Below, piece after piece: positions 16,339-25,506 of a stretch of 64,000 nt of DNA (within the stretch, counting starts at the first letter, position 1; each line of letters begins with the position of its first letter). This stretch comes from Candidatus Poribacteria bacterium (lineage in GTDB: Bacteria > Poribacteria > WGA-4E > PCPOR2b). A program made the position numbers and the translations under genes. A model generated the notes under the pieces. The model searched no databases. It was not told the DNA's origin and saw only the letters and a list, made by a program, of their open reading frames with translations. The stretch spans positions 3,264,001 to 3,328,000 of the forward strand of contig OZ244587.1 in the NCBI GenBank assembly GCA_965218095.1, given 5' to 3'.

Positions 16339-19281
16339 ATGCCAAAAAATCCCCAAAAATCTAACGAGAAAGGCGTCGAAGATTACCGGCACGACGCTGC
16401 CACCCGAAAGAACAACCCGCCCGCGGGCATCGCCTCACATGCGAAAATCCGCGAAAAACCGAAGCAAGAATACGCCTACAACCCCCACCTGCCGCCGTGC
16501 CTGCAATTCGACGAAAACGGCGACGCCGACCAACTCCCCGAATTGCTCGAAAAGGCGCGACATAAACCGCTCTCCGCCGATGAGGTGCAAATCCTCGCAG
16601 AGGCACTGAGACACCACGGTCCATGGATCGAATGGGCGGGCAAACAGGAGGCGGAATCGTTCGCTGTCGATCCGGTTGCGTTGCACATCCACGAGCGGGT
16701 AAGTACGAAAGCCATTGTGAAAGTGGCAGAGCGGGAAAACGTCCAACGCGAGCTCTTTGCCGACCCGCAGCAAGAATACCGGGAGGCAGTGCAGTTTTAC
16801 CAACACGATGTGGATTGGACGAACCGCCTCATCTTGGGCGATAGCCTCACCGTGATGAGTTCTTTGGCACGACGTGAAGACCTCGCGGGCAAAGTCCAGA
16901 TGATTTACATCGATCCACCCTACGGCATCAAGTTCGCCTCAAACTTTCAACCCACTGTCTTCCAGCGTGATGTGAAGGAAAAACCGGCTGACCTGACCCG
17001 CGAACGGGAGCAGATTAAAGCCTACCGCGATACGTGGACCCTCGGCGTTCACTCCTACCTCGCCTACCTCCGCGACCGGCTGATTGTCGCCAAAGAGTTA
17101 TTGACCGATAGCGGTAGCATCTTTGTGCAGATCGGTGATGAGAATATTCATCGGGTGCGATGTCTAATGGATGAGGTATTTGGGGCAGAAAATTTTATAG
17201 CCCTCATTCCATTTCAGACAACAACCGGGCTTCAAAGTCGTTACCTTAAAGGTGTCTATGACCTTATTATTTGGTATGCAAGAGAAAAAGCAAATATGAA
17301 GTACAAGCAACTTTACTTAGAAAAACAAACAGGGGCGAATACATATTATGACTATATGAAGTTACCAAACGGATCAATTCAGAAAACGCAAGAGAGCGAA
17401 GAAATCCCTGATAACTGGCAGATATTCTCACCTCAACCTCTTGTTTCAGGTGCATACTCAGAAACGACAACTTTTGAGTTTCCTCATAACAATACTTTAT
17501 ATCATCCCGGTAGAAATAGGTGCTGGAAGACTACTCCTGAAGGAATGAAAAGATTATCAAAGTCTGAAAGAATATTTGCATCTACTAAAACATTGAAATT
17601 CATTCGCTATGCTAATGATTTCCTTGTTACAGAGATATCAAATCTTTGGACAGATGCGATGAGTCTCATTGGCAAAAAATATGTTGCTGAAACAGTCCCT
17701 AAAATTATTGAGCGTTGTATGTTAATGGTGACAGAGCCCGGCGATCTGGTTCTTGATCCGACTTGCGGTAGTGGTACGACTGCTTACGTTGCTGAACAAT
17801 GGGGTAGACGCTGGATTACTATTGATACTAGTCGCGTTGCTATCACATTAGCACGCCAAAAACTTCTTACCGCGAATTTCAATTACTATCAACTCAAAGA
17901 CGGATTAGAAGGAGTTTCAGGTGGCTTTGTCAACAAAACGGTCCCGCATATCACCCTCAAAAGCATTGCTCAAAATACTGCACTTGATCCGATATTCGCA
18001 AAATATGAGCCGATTCTCGCGGAAAAGTTAGAAACCCTCAATCTTGCCCTAGCAGAGGTTACGCCAGAGATTCGGACTAAACTCCGTTCCAAACTTGCGA
18101 CGAGGGAACGGAGCAAAGGGAAAAAGGCGGTCACGGATGTGGACCGACGGCGTTGGCAGCTCCCGAAAACGACGTGGCAGGAGTGGGAGGTGCCGTTTGA
18201 CACCGACCCCAATTGGCCCCTAGCGTTGAGTGAAGCATTAACCGATTATCGCGAGGCGTTCCGAGCAAAGATGAACGAAGTAAACGGCTGCATCGCCGCA
18301 TCTTCCGATGGCGAGGAATTGGTCGATCAGCCGGAGGTAGACAGAAAGAAGCTGCGGGTGAGTGGGCCCTTCACGGTGGAGGCGGTACAACCCGCTGAAG
18401 CATCACTCGACCCCGATTCACCCATCGGCGGTGAACCGGAAGAAGCACTGGACACATTCGAGTCTGACGACGTTGAGGGTGAACCCACTAACGCCGAAGC
18501 GTATCTTGATCAAATGATTCGTCTGCTGCGAAATGACGGTGTACGTTTTCCTGATAACCAGAAAATGAAATTCGCGGCACTCGATCCACTTGAGGATGAT
18601 ATTCTGCACGCCGAAGGGAGTTGGGAAGGTAACGATGCGGAGCGAAACGTAGCGGTAGTGTTTGGTCCACAGCACGGTCCCGTCACAGTGATGCAGGTTG
18701 AGGCGTGCTTGCCTATTGCGTCTCGGCGTGGATATGATGAACTAATCTTTGCTGGCTTCAGTTTCGACGGTGCGGCGCAAGCGGTTATCCGAGAGGACCC
18801 GCATCCAAGGGTCCGTATCCACATGGCACACATCAACCCCGACGTAACGATGGGCGACCTACTAAAGGAGACGCCTTCCAGTCAACTGTTCACTGTGTTT
18901 GGGGCGCCGCGCACAGCAATCGAAATGATAGGGAACGGTGAGTATATCGTCAAGATGGAGGGGGTGGATATTTACAACCCCGTAGAGAACACGGTGAGTT
19001 CTGCAGGCGGTGACAAGGTGGCGGCGTGGTTCCTTGACAGCGACTACGACGGTCGAACCTTCTGCATCACCCAAGCGTTTTTCCCCGACAAAAAGGCGTG
19101 GGACAAAATAGCGAGAGCACTCAAAGGCGTTATTGACCCAGAGCATTTTGAGAAGTTCAGTGGAACCGAATCGTTTCCGTTCCCTGCCGGGGAGCACCGG
19201 AGCGTCGCGGTCAAGGTGATTGACCCGCGGGGGAATGAGGTGATGCGGGTGCACGATTTGCGGGAGACAAGGTATGCTTGA
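16339..19281 (+). CDS. mod: Type III R-M DNA methyltransferase (Mod)
   Basis: NRLILGDSL, IYIDPPYG (motif IV) and VLDPTCGSGTT (motif I). C-terminal AVKVIDPRGNE. AT-rich TRD between the motifs. Confidence 0.93.
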   Translation: MPKNPQKSNEKGVEDYRHDAATRKNNPPAGIASHAKIREKPKQEYAYNPHLPPCLQFDENGDADQLPELLEKARHKPLSADEVQILAEALRHHGPWIEWAGKQEAESFAVDPVALHIHERVSTKAIVKVAERENVQRELFADPQQEYREAVQFYQHDVDWTNRLILGDSLTVMSSLARREDLAGKVQMIYIDPPYGIKFASNFQPTVFQRDVKEKPADLTREREQIKAYRDTWTLGVHSYLAYLRDRLIVAKELLTDSGSIFVQIGDENIHRVRCLMDEVFGAENFIALIPFQTTTGLQSRYLKGVYDLIIWYAREKANMKYKQLYLEKQTGANTYYDYMKLPNGSIQKTQESEEIPDNWQIFSPQPLVSGAYSETTTFEFPHNNTLYHPGRNRCWKTTPEGMKRLSKSERIFASTKTLKFIRYANDFLVTEISNLWTDAMSLIGKKYVAETVPKIIERCMLMVTEPGDLVLDPTCGSGTTAYVAEQWGRRWITIDTSRVAITLARQKLLTANFNYYQLKDGLEGVSGGFVNKTVPHITLKSIAQNTALDPIFAKYEPILAEKLETLNLALAEVTPEIRTKLRSKLATRERSKGKKAVTDVDRRRWQLPKTTWQEWEVPFDTDPNWPLALSEALTDYREAFRAKMNEVNGCIAASSDGEELVDQPEVDRKKLRVSGPFTVEAVQPAEASLDPDSPIGGEPEEALDTFESDDVEGEPTNAEAYLDQMIRLLRNDGVRFPDNQKMKFAALDPLEDDILHAEGSWEGNDAERNVAVVFGPQHGPVTVMQVEACLPIASRRGYDELIFAGFSFDGAAQAVIREDPHPRVRIHMAHINPDVTMGDLLKETPSSQLFTVFGAPRTAIEMIGNGEYIVKMEGVDIYNPVENTVSSAGGDKVAAWFLDSDYDGRTFCITQAFFPDKKAWDKIARALKGVIDPEHFEKFSGTESFPFPAGEHRSVAVKVIDPRGNEVMRVHDLRETRYA

Positions 19282-19405
19282 TTCGTATCGGGTAACTCAA
19301 TGAGGGTTGTTCATTATTCTGTAGGAGGGACTCCCTATCCTGATTATCGGGGCGATAACTTCTCCGACACAGTGGGGTGGAAGGACGCTCGCGTGCCTCC
19401 TTGCT

Positions 19406-19520
19406 TGTCTGAATCACGGATTAAACAGATGACGCAGACGACACGGATTAAGAACCGATTGAACATTCGGATAAAAAATCCGCGAAATCCAATAATCCGC
19501 GCAAATCCGCGATTCAGACA
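19406..19520. repeat. Palindromic AATCCGCG-family element
   Basis: TGTCTGAATCACGGATT...AATCCGCGATTCAGACA inverted ends. The right half is repeated at 20233-20282. Confidence 0.75.
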
Positions 19521-19947
19521 CTCTCCAAGTTTGACAATTTCTCATACAATACAATCAGGAGGCAGAAAATGAATAAGAATCACGACAACCTTTGAGGGAG
19601 ACAATCTGCACCGTCAATCCTAACGACAACTGTTACGACGCCGCAAAATGGGATAAGCAATTCCGGGCTAATGCAGGCGAATTACCTCCGGGAACTGGAG
19701 AAGCGTTACCAACAACTGGCATCTAAGGCAGCGAGCGCATTGAACGCCGCGCATGACAGTCTGGAATCTACAATTCCATCCCTTAGCCCAAAAGAGCAAA
19801 TTTCACTTGTTCCAGGGGATTTGAGCGTTCAACTGCGTAAGTTCTACATATTAATCGTCAACGCAAATCTTTATCAGTTGTGCACGCCAACTTTTTTTTG
19901 CGTTGGCATTGTGTTGGCATTCTTTATGAAATACAACCCTAAATTCA

Positions 19948-20226
19948 TAGGACTTACGCAGTTCAGCTTGTAGTAGCGTAATTCATTGCGCGTCCGGACA
20001 GGCGATAAATCATCCTACTACAAATCTCGATGCCGTTGTCTTGATGCTTTGATGTAGGAAACAACGATCGTTGTTCCCTACGGAATCGGGGGTTCTCGGT
20101 AAGAATTTATTGTAATTGCCCGATTCATCGGGCGTTGTAGTACGGCGATGAATCGCCGCACTACAAGTTGCTTTGAATCCCGATCTCTGCATTGGGGGCT
20201 TTGAGCATTCGACTGCGTGAGTCCTA
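19948..20226. mobile_element. MITE-like element with TAGGACTTACGCA ends carrying several REP palindromes
   Basis: TAGGACTTACGCAGT and ACTGCGTGAGTCCTA ends. Internal REPIN at 19970-20021, GTAGG..CCTAC palindrome at about 20054-20079, and a REP pair at about 20112-20164. Confidence 0.65.
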
Positions 20227-20330
20227 ATTCTAATAAAAAATCCGCGAAATCCAATAATCCGCGCGAATCCGCGATTCAGACAGTTTCCAAGTCCAACAAC
20301 TCCTCATACAATATGATTGGGCAGCAGCAG

Positions 20331-21485
20331 ATGAGTAAGAACATGAAAAAATTTATAGCCTGCCTACTATTGGGGGCACTGCTAGGAATGATACCCCCTC
20401 TGTTGCCTGCACAGCAGAATCAAAACACGCAAAAGTCGAATCCGGAAATTGAAGCCCTTAAAAAACGGGTTTCGGAACTGGAACAACAGCTTCAGACTGT
20501 GGAAAATGTTGAGAAGATGGATCTTGCAAGAAACTACGCTGATGCAAAAGCGAAACTTATTAATGTGGATGTTGACAAGCTTAAGTGGGAATTGAGGGAT
20601 TCTAATCATAAATGGCTGACAGGATGGATTTTATTCTTCCTAGCGATTTTATCTGCTATTGGGGTAGGTGTTTGGTCTTGGCTTAAATCTAGAACTAATC
20701 AATTGATAGAGACTGAAGTTGAAAAGAATCTCAATGGGTTTAAGGAGGCTGTGGGCCAAGTAGACACACTGAAAAATCAACAAAAGGTATTAGAAAAAGA
20801 ACATGTAGCTGCTATGTTAGATAGTATTGCTGACAAACCCTATGGGCCCAGATATTCTTATCCTGAACGAATCAAAGCACTTTCTGAAGAAGCTCTTTTA
20901 TGGGTACTTGACGATGAAATATACGGTCGAGTAGTCAGATATCTGGCAGCAGAAGTTTTAGCTAATAGAAAATCTCCTCAATTGCCTTCTCTCTTGCTTA
21001 AATTCTTAAATTCAGTTGTTGATTGGGAAAAAGACCGACTTGAAACGTATACCTTTGCCCCACTTTCCCTGATACATTTTCTCGAAGAAATATACACGCA
21101 CGAGGTCTATCAAGGACTTAAAAGATTCCTCAACCGTTTATTGACAGAAAATCCAAAAAACAAGGATTTGTTCCTACCGGAGACAGTATCTTCACTCGCT
21201 GGAATTGGTGTTAAATTGAATATGGGAGACTCGGTTCCCATACTGAAAACAGCTATACCTCATTTGAAGAATCCAAGCCACAAGGTCCTAAGTGACTTAG
21301 CTAGGTATTTTGATATATTCAATGAACCAGCAGGTATAAAGGAAATCCTAATCAATCATGTAACAAGTGAGAGGTCTGGTATGGAGGAGGTAGAGAATAG
21401 ATGCTTAGAACTATTGCAAAAGTACGGTCCCGCGTTTGTAGCAGAATGGCGAGCAAGAGCAACAACAGATAACAGCAACGCATAA
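20331..21485 (+). CDS. Hypothetical membrane protein (signal peptide, coiled coil, TM helix, helical-repeat C-terminus) between mod and res
   Basis: MKKFIACLLLG signal peptide, EIEALKKRVSELEQQL coiled coil and WILFFLAILSAIGVGVW TM segment. Low GC. Confidence 0.75.
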   Translation: MSKNMKKFIACLLLGALLGMIPPLLPAQQNQNTQKSNPEIEALKKRVSELEQQLQTVENVEKMDLARNYADAKAKLINVDVDKLKWELRDSNHKWLTGWILFFLAILSAIGVGVWSWLKSRTNQLIETEVEKNLNGFKEAVGQVDTLKNQQKVLEKEHVAAMLDSIADKPYGPRYSYPERIKALSEEALLWVLDDEIYGRVVRYLAAEVLANRKSPQLPSLLLKFLNSVVDWEKDRLETYTFAPLSLIHFLEEIYTHEVYQGLKRFLNRLLTENPKNKDLFLPETVSSLAGIGVKLNMGDSVPILKTAIPHLKNPSHKVLSDLARYFDIFNEPAGIKEILINHVTSERSGMEEVENRCLELLQKYGPAFVAEWRARATTDNSNA

Positions 21486-21494
21486 GGATCCCTC

Positions 21495-24400
21495 ATGAAT
21501 CAAGACCAACTCGAAATCCCAATCCAACCCGTTGAACGTCCCATCCTGTGCAATCCCTATGAAGAACCGGACGCACATTGGGTTTACGATACTGAAACCG
21601 GCGAAGCGATCAAGCAGCCGGGCAGACGCGCTGCGGGGTACTGGTACAAAACACAACGCACAGGCAGTCAGCAACTCCAACTCTTTCAAGAAGAAGAGCG
21701 GGATGACCTGCCATTAGTCAATGCGCTGCGCGATGATGTCAGGAGATGGCGTGAATCAAATTACCGAAACGCAACGGTTGTGACGCGGGAATTGCTGCGC
21801 CACTGGACGCGAGAAGACAAGGAACGCCGCCTCTTTTTCTGTCAGTGTGAAGCGGTTGAAACGATCATATACATCGCCGAGATCCGGCAGGGGTGCAAAA
21901 AGACCGGCTTTAACCCGCAATTTACGAAGGCGGATCTCGCTAAATTGGTTGATTCTCCCAACACCCCTAACATCCCGGATCTAATCCGCTACGGCTGCAA
22001 AATGGCGACCGGCAGTGGCAAAACGGTGGTGATGGCGATGCTGATTGCGTGGGCGTTCTGCAATCGCGGGAAAGTGCCTTCCGATGAGCGTTTCCCCGCG
22101 GCGGCGTTGATCGTCTGTCCGAACCTGACAATCAAAGAACGGCTTCAGGTCTTGAGACCCGAATCCCCGGATAACTACTACGATGCGTTTGAACTCATCC
22201 CGACAAAACTCCGCCCCTTGCTCAACAAAGGGAAAGTGCTTGTGACCAACTGGCACCAATTCGCGCCGGAGTCCGCGCACAGCGAAGGTGGTCAAAGTTA
22301 CGCGGTCGTGAACAAAGGCGAAGAAACACCGGACGCCTTTGCAAAGCGCGTGTTGGGTGAACTACATGAACACGCTCCGATCATGGTGATGAATGATGAG
22401 GGACATCACGCCTACCGTCCCGCACCTACCGATGAAAAGCTATCCGCTAACGCCAAAAAGGGACGTCAAGATGCTACCGTCTGGATTAGCGGCTTGGACA
22501 CGATTAATCAAGCGTGCGGCATCCGTTTCTGTGTAGATCTCTCCGCCACGCCGTTTTATATTCAAAACAGTGGTCACCCGGAAGGCTCCCCCTTCCCGTG
22601 GCTCGTGAGCGATTTCGGGTTGGTGGACGCAATTGAGAGCGGCATCACGAAGATTCCCCGATTGCCGGTCAGCGATACGACGGGCAGACCTGAACCGAAA
22701 TTCTTCCGACTCTGGGAAGCAATTCAGGAAGAAATCCTGCCAGCGGATCGACTGCCGGGCAAAAAGCCGAAACCGGAGGCGGTCTATCGTGAGGCGGAAG
22801 ACGCACTTAACACCCTCGCCAGTCAGTGGAAAGAACGTTTTGAATACATCGAGCAGGCATCGGATGCCCAAGAGAAAACGCCCCCTGTAATGATCATTGT
22901 CTGCGACAACACCAATATCGCGGAGCACTTCTTTGAAAAAATCTCCGGCGAGGAGGTCGTTGAGTTTGATGTAGGGGCATCCCTTGTGGTTGCCCACAAC
23001 CAAGGAAAAGGAAAAAAGAAAAAACAGACCCAAACTGTCTACGGACAAGGGCAGGTATTTCCCGACATGCTATCAAACAGCGAAGGCATTTCACGAACCC
23101 TGCGAATTGATAGTAAAAAACTGGCTGAGGCGGAAAGCGAGAACCCACAAAAGAACAAGACGCAGGCAGCAGAGGACTTGCGTCGCGTGGTCGCAACAAT
23201 CGGAAAGCCGGGGCAGCCCGGGGAACAGATTCGATGCGTTGTGTCTGTGGCGATGCTGAACGAGGGGTGGGACGCGAATAACGTTACCCATATTCTGGGA
23301 CTACGCGCCTTCAGCAGCCAATTGCTCTGTGAGCAGGTGGTCGGGCGCGGATTGCGCCGCATGAATTACACGCCAGACCCGGAAACCGGGCTGTTGACCG
23401 AGGAATATGTCGATGTATACGGCATCCCGTTTTCTGTGATTCCATTCAAGGGACGCCCTAAGAACAAGCGTGAGCCCATTGACAAACCGAAAAACCACGT
23501 CCGGGCGATGCCAGAGCGGGAAAAGGACTTTGAGATAAGATTTCCCATTGTTGAAGGATACGTTTTCGCACTTCAAAAAGATGAAATCAAGGCAGATATT
23601 AAAGCGATTGAACCGCTGATCCTTGAACCGGAATACACACCGACCGCCGTTTTTGTCAAACCAACAGCCGGCTATGAAATCGGTTTGCCAACCACCTTAC
23701 GCCCCGGTCCAGCTATACTTCAAGACCGCGAAGAATATTACAAGGCAACACACATTCAAGCCATCAAGTTTGAGATCTCCCGCCGGATCATTACGGCATT
23801 AGTCGGTGATCGTGAAAACCAGCCAGATCCAAATAGCAATCCTAAACTTCGGCTGCAATCTCGACACCGGTTGTTCCCTCAAGTATTCAGGTTGGTTGAT
23901 AACTATGTGGAAACAAAGGTAGATCTTCGCTATTGTCATCCGTGCGAGCTCGGACAAGAAAAATATGTAATTCGTATCGTTGAACGGCTTATTGCTGCGA
24001 TTCAGCCCAATGAGACACAGGGTGAAATTCCACTAATGCCTATCTTGAACCGTTACAAACCGATTGGTTCATCATCAGAAGTAGACTTTATGACCGCGCG
24101 TCCTTGTCAGGGGACACAACGGAGTCATATTAATCAGGTTGCGCTGGACACTCAGACATGGGAACGCGCTGCTTGCTTTGGACTAGAGCAATCTGAGGTT
24201 GTGGCGTACTATGTTCGGAACGATCATCTGGGGTTCGGCATTCCGTATGAGTATACCGGCGCTTCTCACAGTTATGAACCGGATTTTATCGTCCACCTCA
24301 AGAACGGTGTCAACCTAATTTTGGAAATCAAGGGCTTTGAAACCGAGCAAGACCGTGCCAAACATACCGCTGCTAGACGGTGGGCATCCGCAGTCAGTAA

Positions 24401-24497
24401 CTGGGGAAGGCTTGGAAAATGGGAGTTTTATCCTTGCAAAGACCCTCAACGGATGCGGCACGAATTGGCGTTTTTAGGACGTAGTAGCGGTTCGTAG
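21495..24497 (+). CDS. res: Type III R-M restriction subunit (Res; SF2 helicase plus PD-(D/E)XK nuclease)
   Basis: KMATGSGKT, DEGHH, SATP, EGWD, QVVGRGLRR and YEPDFIV...LEIKG motifs. Confidence 0.93.
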   Translation: MNQDQLEIPIQPVERPILCNPYEEPDAHWVYDTETGEAIKQPGRRAAGYWYKTQRTGSQQLQLFQEEERDDLPLVNALRDDVRRWRESNYRNATVVTRELLRHWTREDKERRLFFCQCEAVETIIYIAEIRQGCKKTGFNPQFTKADLAKLVDSPNTPNIPDLIRYGCKMATGSGKTVVMAMLIAWAFCNRGKVPSDERFPAAALIVCPNLTIKERLQVLRPESPDNYYDAFELIPTKLRPLLNKGKVLVTNWHQFAPESAHSEGGQSYAVVNKGEETPDAFAKRVLGELHEHAPIMVMNDEGHHAYRPAPTDEKLSANAKKGRQDATVWISGLDTINQACGIRFCVDLSATPFYIQNSGHPEGSPFPWLVSDFGLVDAIESGITKIPRLPVSDTTGRPEPKFFRLWEAIQEEILPADRLPGKKPKPEAVYREAEDALNTLASQWKERFEYIEQASDAQEKTPPVMIIVCDNTNIAEHFFEKISGEEVVEFDVGASLVVAHNQGKGKKKKQTQTVYGQGQVFPDMLSNSEGISRTLRIDSKKLAEAESENPQKNKTQAAEDLRRVVATIGKPGQPGEQIRCVVSVAMLNEGWDANNVTHILGLRAFSSQLLCEQVVGRGLRRMNYTPDPETGLLTEEYVDVYGIPFSVIPFKGRPKNKREPIDKPKNHVRAMPEREKDFEIRFPIVEGYVFALQKDEIKADIKAIEPLILEPEYTPTAVFVKPTAGYEIGLPTTLRPGPAILQDREEYYKATHIQAIKFEISRRIITALVGDRENQPDPNSNPKLRLQSRHRLFPQVFRLVDNYVETKVDLRYCHPCELGQEKYVIRIVERLIAAIQPNETQGEIPLMPILNRYKPIGSSSEVDFMTARPCQGTQRSHINQVALDTQTWERAACFGLEQSEVVAYYVRNDHLGFGIPYEYTGASHSYEPDFIVHLKNGVNLILEIKGFETEQDRAKHTAARRWASAVSNWGRLGKWEFYPCKDPQRMRHELAFLGRSSGS
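22971..22995 (+). repeat. REP palindrome inside the res coding sequence
   Basis: GTAGGGGCATCCCTTGTGGTTGCCC (GTAG followed by a GGGCA..CC/GG..TGCCC stem), read as VGASLVVA. Confidence 0.6.
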
Positions 24498-24593
24498 TAG
24501 CGCAATTGATTGCGCGTTTGGGATGGTGATGAATCATCCCGCTACACGGGATCTCGCTACGCTAGAGACCTCACTACAAACCATTACTTTCTT
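24494..24593 (+). repeat. REPIN copy at the right boundary of the R-M island, with a nested 32-bp insertion
   Basis: Direct repeat of 12138-12205, including the CACTACAAACCATTACTTTCTT tail. Confidence 0.8.
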
Positions 24594-24660
24594 TTTGAAG
24601 ATTACTTGGGATTCCCTCACGTGATGGGGGCGCCTGTTCATTGGTTAGAAGGAGGAGCCC

Positions 24661-25473
24661 ATGAGAAAATTCTTAAGGCTTGCTACCTGTGTGGCAGTTA
24701 TTTACTTGGCGATTCTGCCGATAGTCTTTGCACGAGCCATCGTATCAATCCAACCACCGGAGATGAAGTCCCCAGCAGTTGGGAAGCAGTTCACAGTGAA
24801 TGTGAACATCGCAGGCGGGGTGAATGTCACTGGGTATCAAATCACTGTGAGGTTCGACCCAACGGTGCTTTCGTTGGTCGACTTAGAAAATGCCGATTAT
24901 CTGCCAGCCGGCGCCTTTGCCGTGCCGCCCGTCCTCACTGATGATAGCGCAACACTTGCGGCGGCCTCTCTGGGTGGCGCATCGAACGGAGACGGCGTCC
25001 TCGCAGCCGTCACGTTTGTGGTCGTCAAAGTTAAAAGTTCTACAATCGGGCTTGTAGATGTCGCGCTTTCAGATCCGGAAGTTGTCCAGTTAGACGTAAT
25101 AACCGCAAATGGTCGGATTGCCGGCCCGGTGGGTGTCAATGAGTTTCCTCTTGCCATCATTGAAGCAGCCCCTGCCAAAGCAGCAGCAGGTAAAGCGGTC
25201 GCGTTAAGCGGCGCCGGTTCGGTGGACAGCGGTCGAATCATGAGGTACGTGTGGAATTTTGGCGATGGATCTGGCGTCGGGCAAGGCGATATCGTCGAAC
25301 ATGTTTATGACAAGCCGGGCGAGTATACTGTCACTCTCACCGTTACTGACAATGGTAATCCCCCGCTAACAGATCAAGCGACTCTGTTCATCACAGTGGC
25401 TGATGAAGCATTTACTGTCCACCTACAAAGAAAAATGGTCACAACTTGGGGCGGTCTTAAAATCACAAGATAA
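24661..25473 (+). CDS. Secreted cohesin-like plus PKD domain protein with TTWGGLK C-terminus
   Basis: Signal peptide. FTVNVNI...GYQITVRFDP...GDGVLA cohesin-like segment and YVWNFGDG...HVYDKPGEYTVTLTVTD PKD segment. Confidence 0.8.
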   Translation: MRKFLRLATCVAVIYLAILPIVFARAIVSIQPPEMKSPAVGKQFTVNVNIAGGVNVTGYQITVRFDPTVLSLVDLENADYLPAGAFAVPPVLTDDSATLAAASLGGASNGDGVLAAVTFVVVKVKSSTIGLVDVALSDPEVVQLDVITANGRIAGPVGVNEFPLAIIEAAPAKAAAGKAVALSGAGSVDSGRIMRYVWNFGDGSGVGQGDIVEHVYDKPGEYTVTLTVTDNGNPPLTDQATLFITVADEAFTVHLQRKMVTTWGGLKITR

Positions 25474-25506
25474 AAAGAGGTACTAAAACAAAAGGGAGAT
25501 CAGGGT

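Noticed and set aside
12251-16496. mod 5' repeats as a DGR template/variable pair, shufflon or integron
   Set aside because: The differences are not adenine-specific and no reverse transcriptase is present. The copies are direct with no invertase nearby. There is no IntI gene or attC-like structure.
19671-19973. 100-aa ORF between mod and res
   Set aside because: It runs through repeat ends (19831-19846, 19948 onward) and has no RBS, so it is probably a chimeric remnant.
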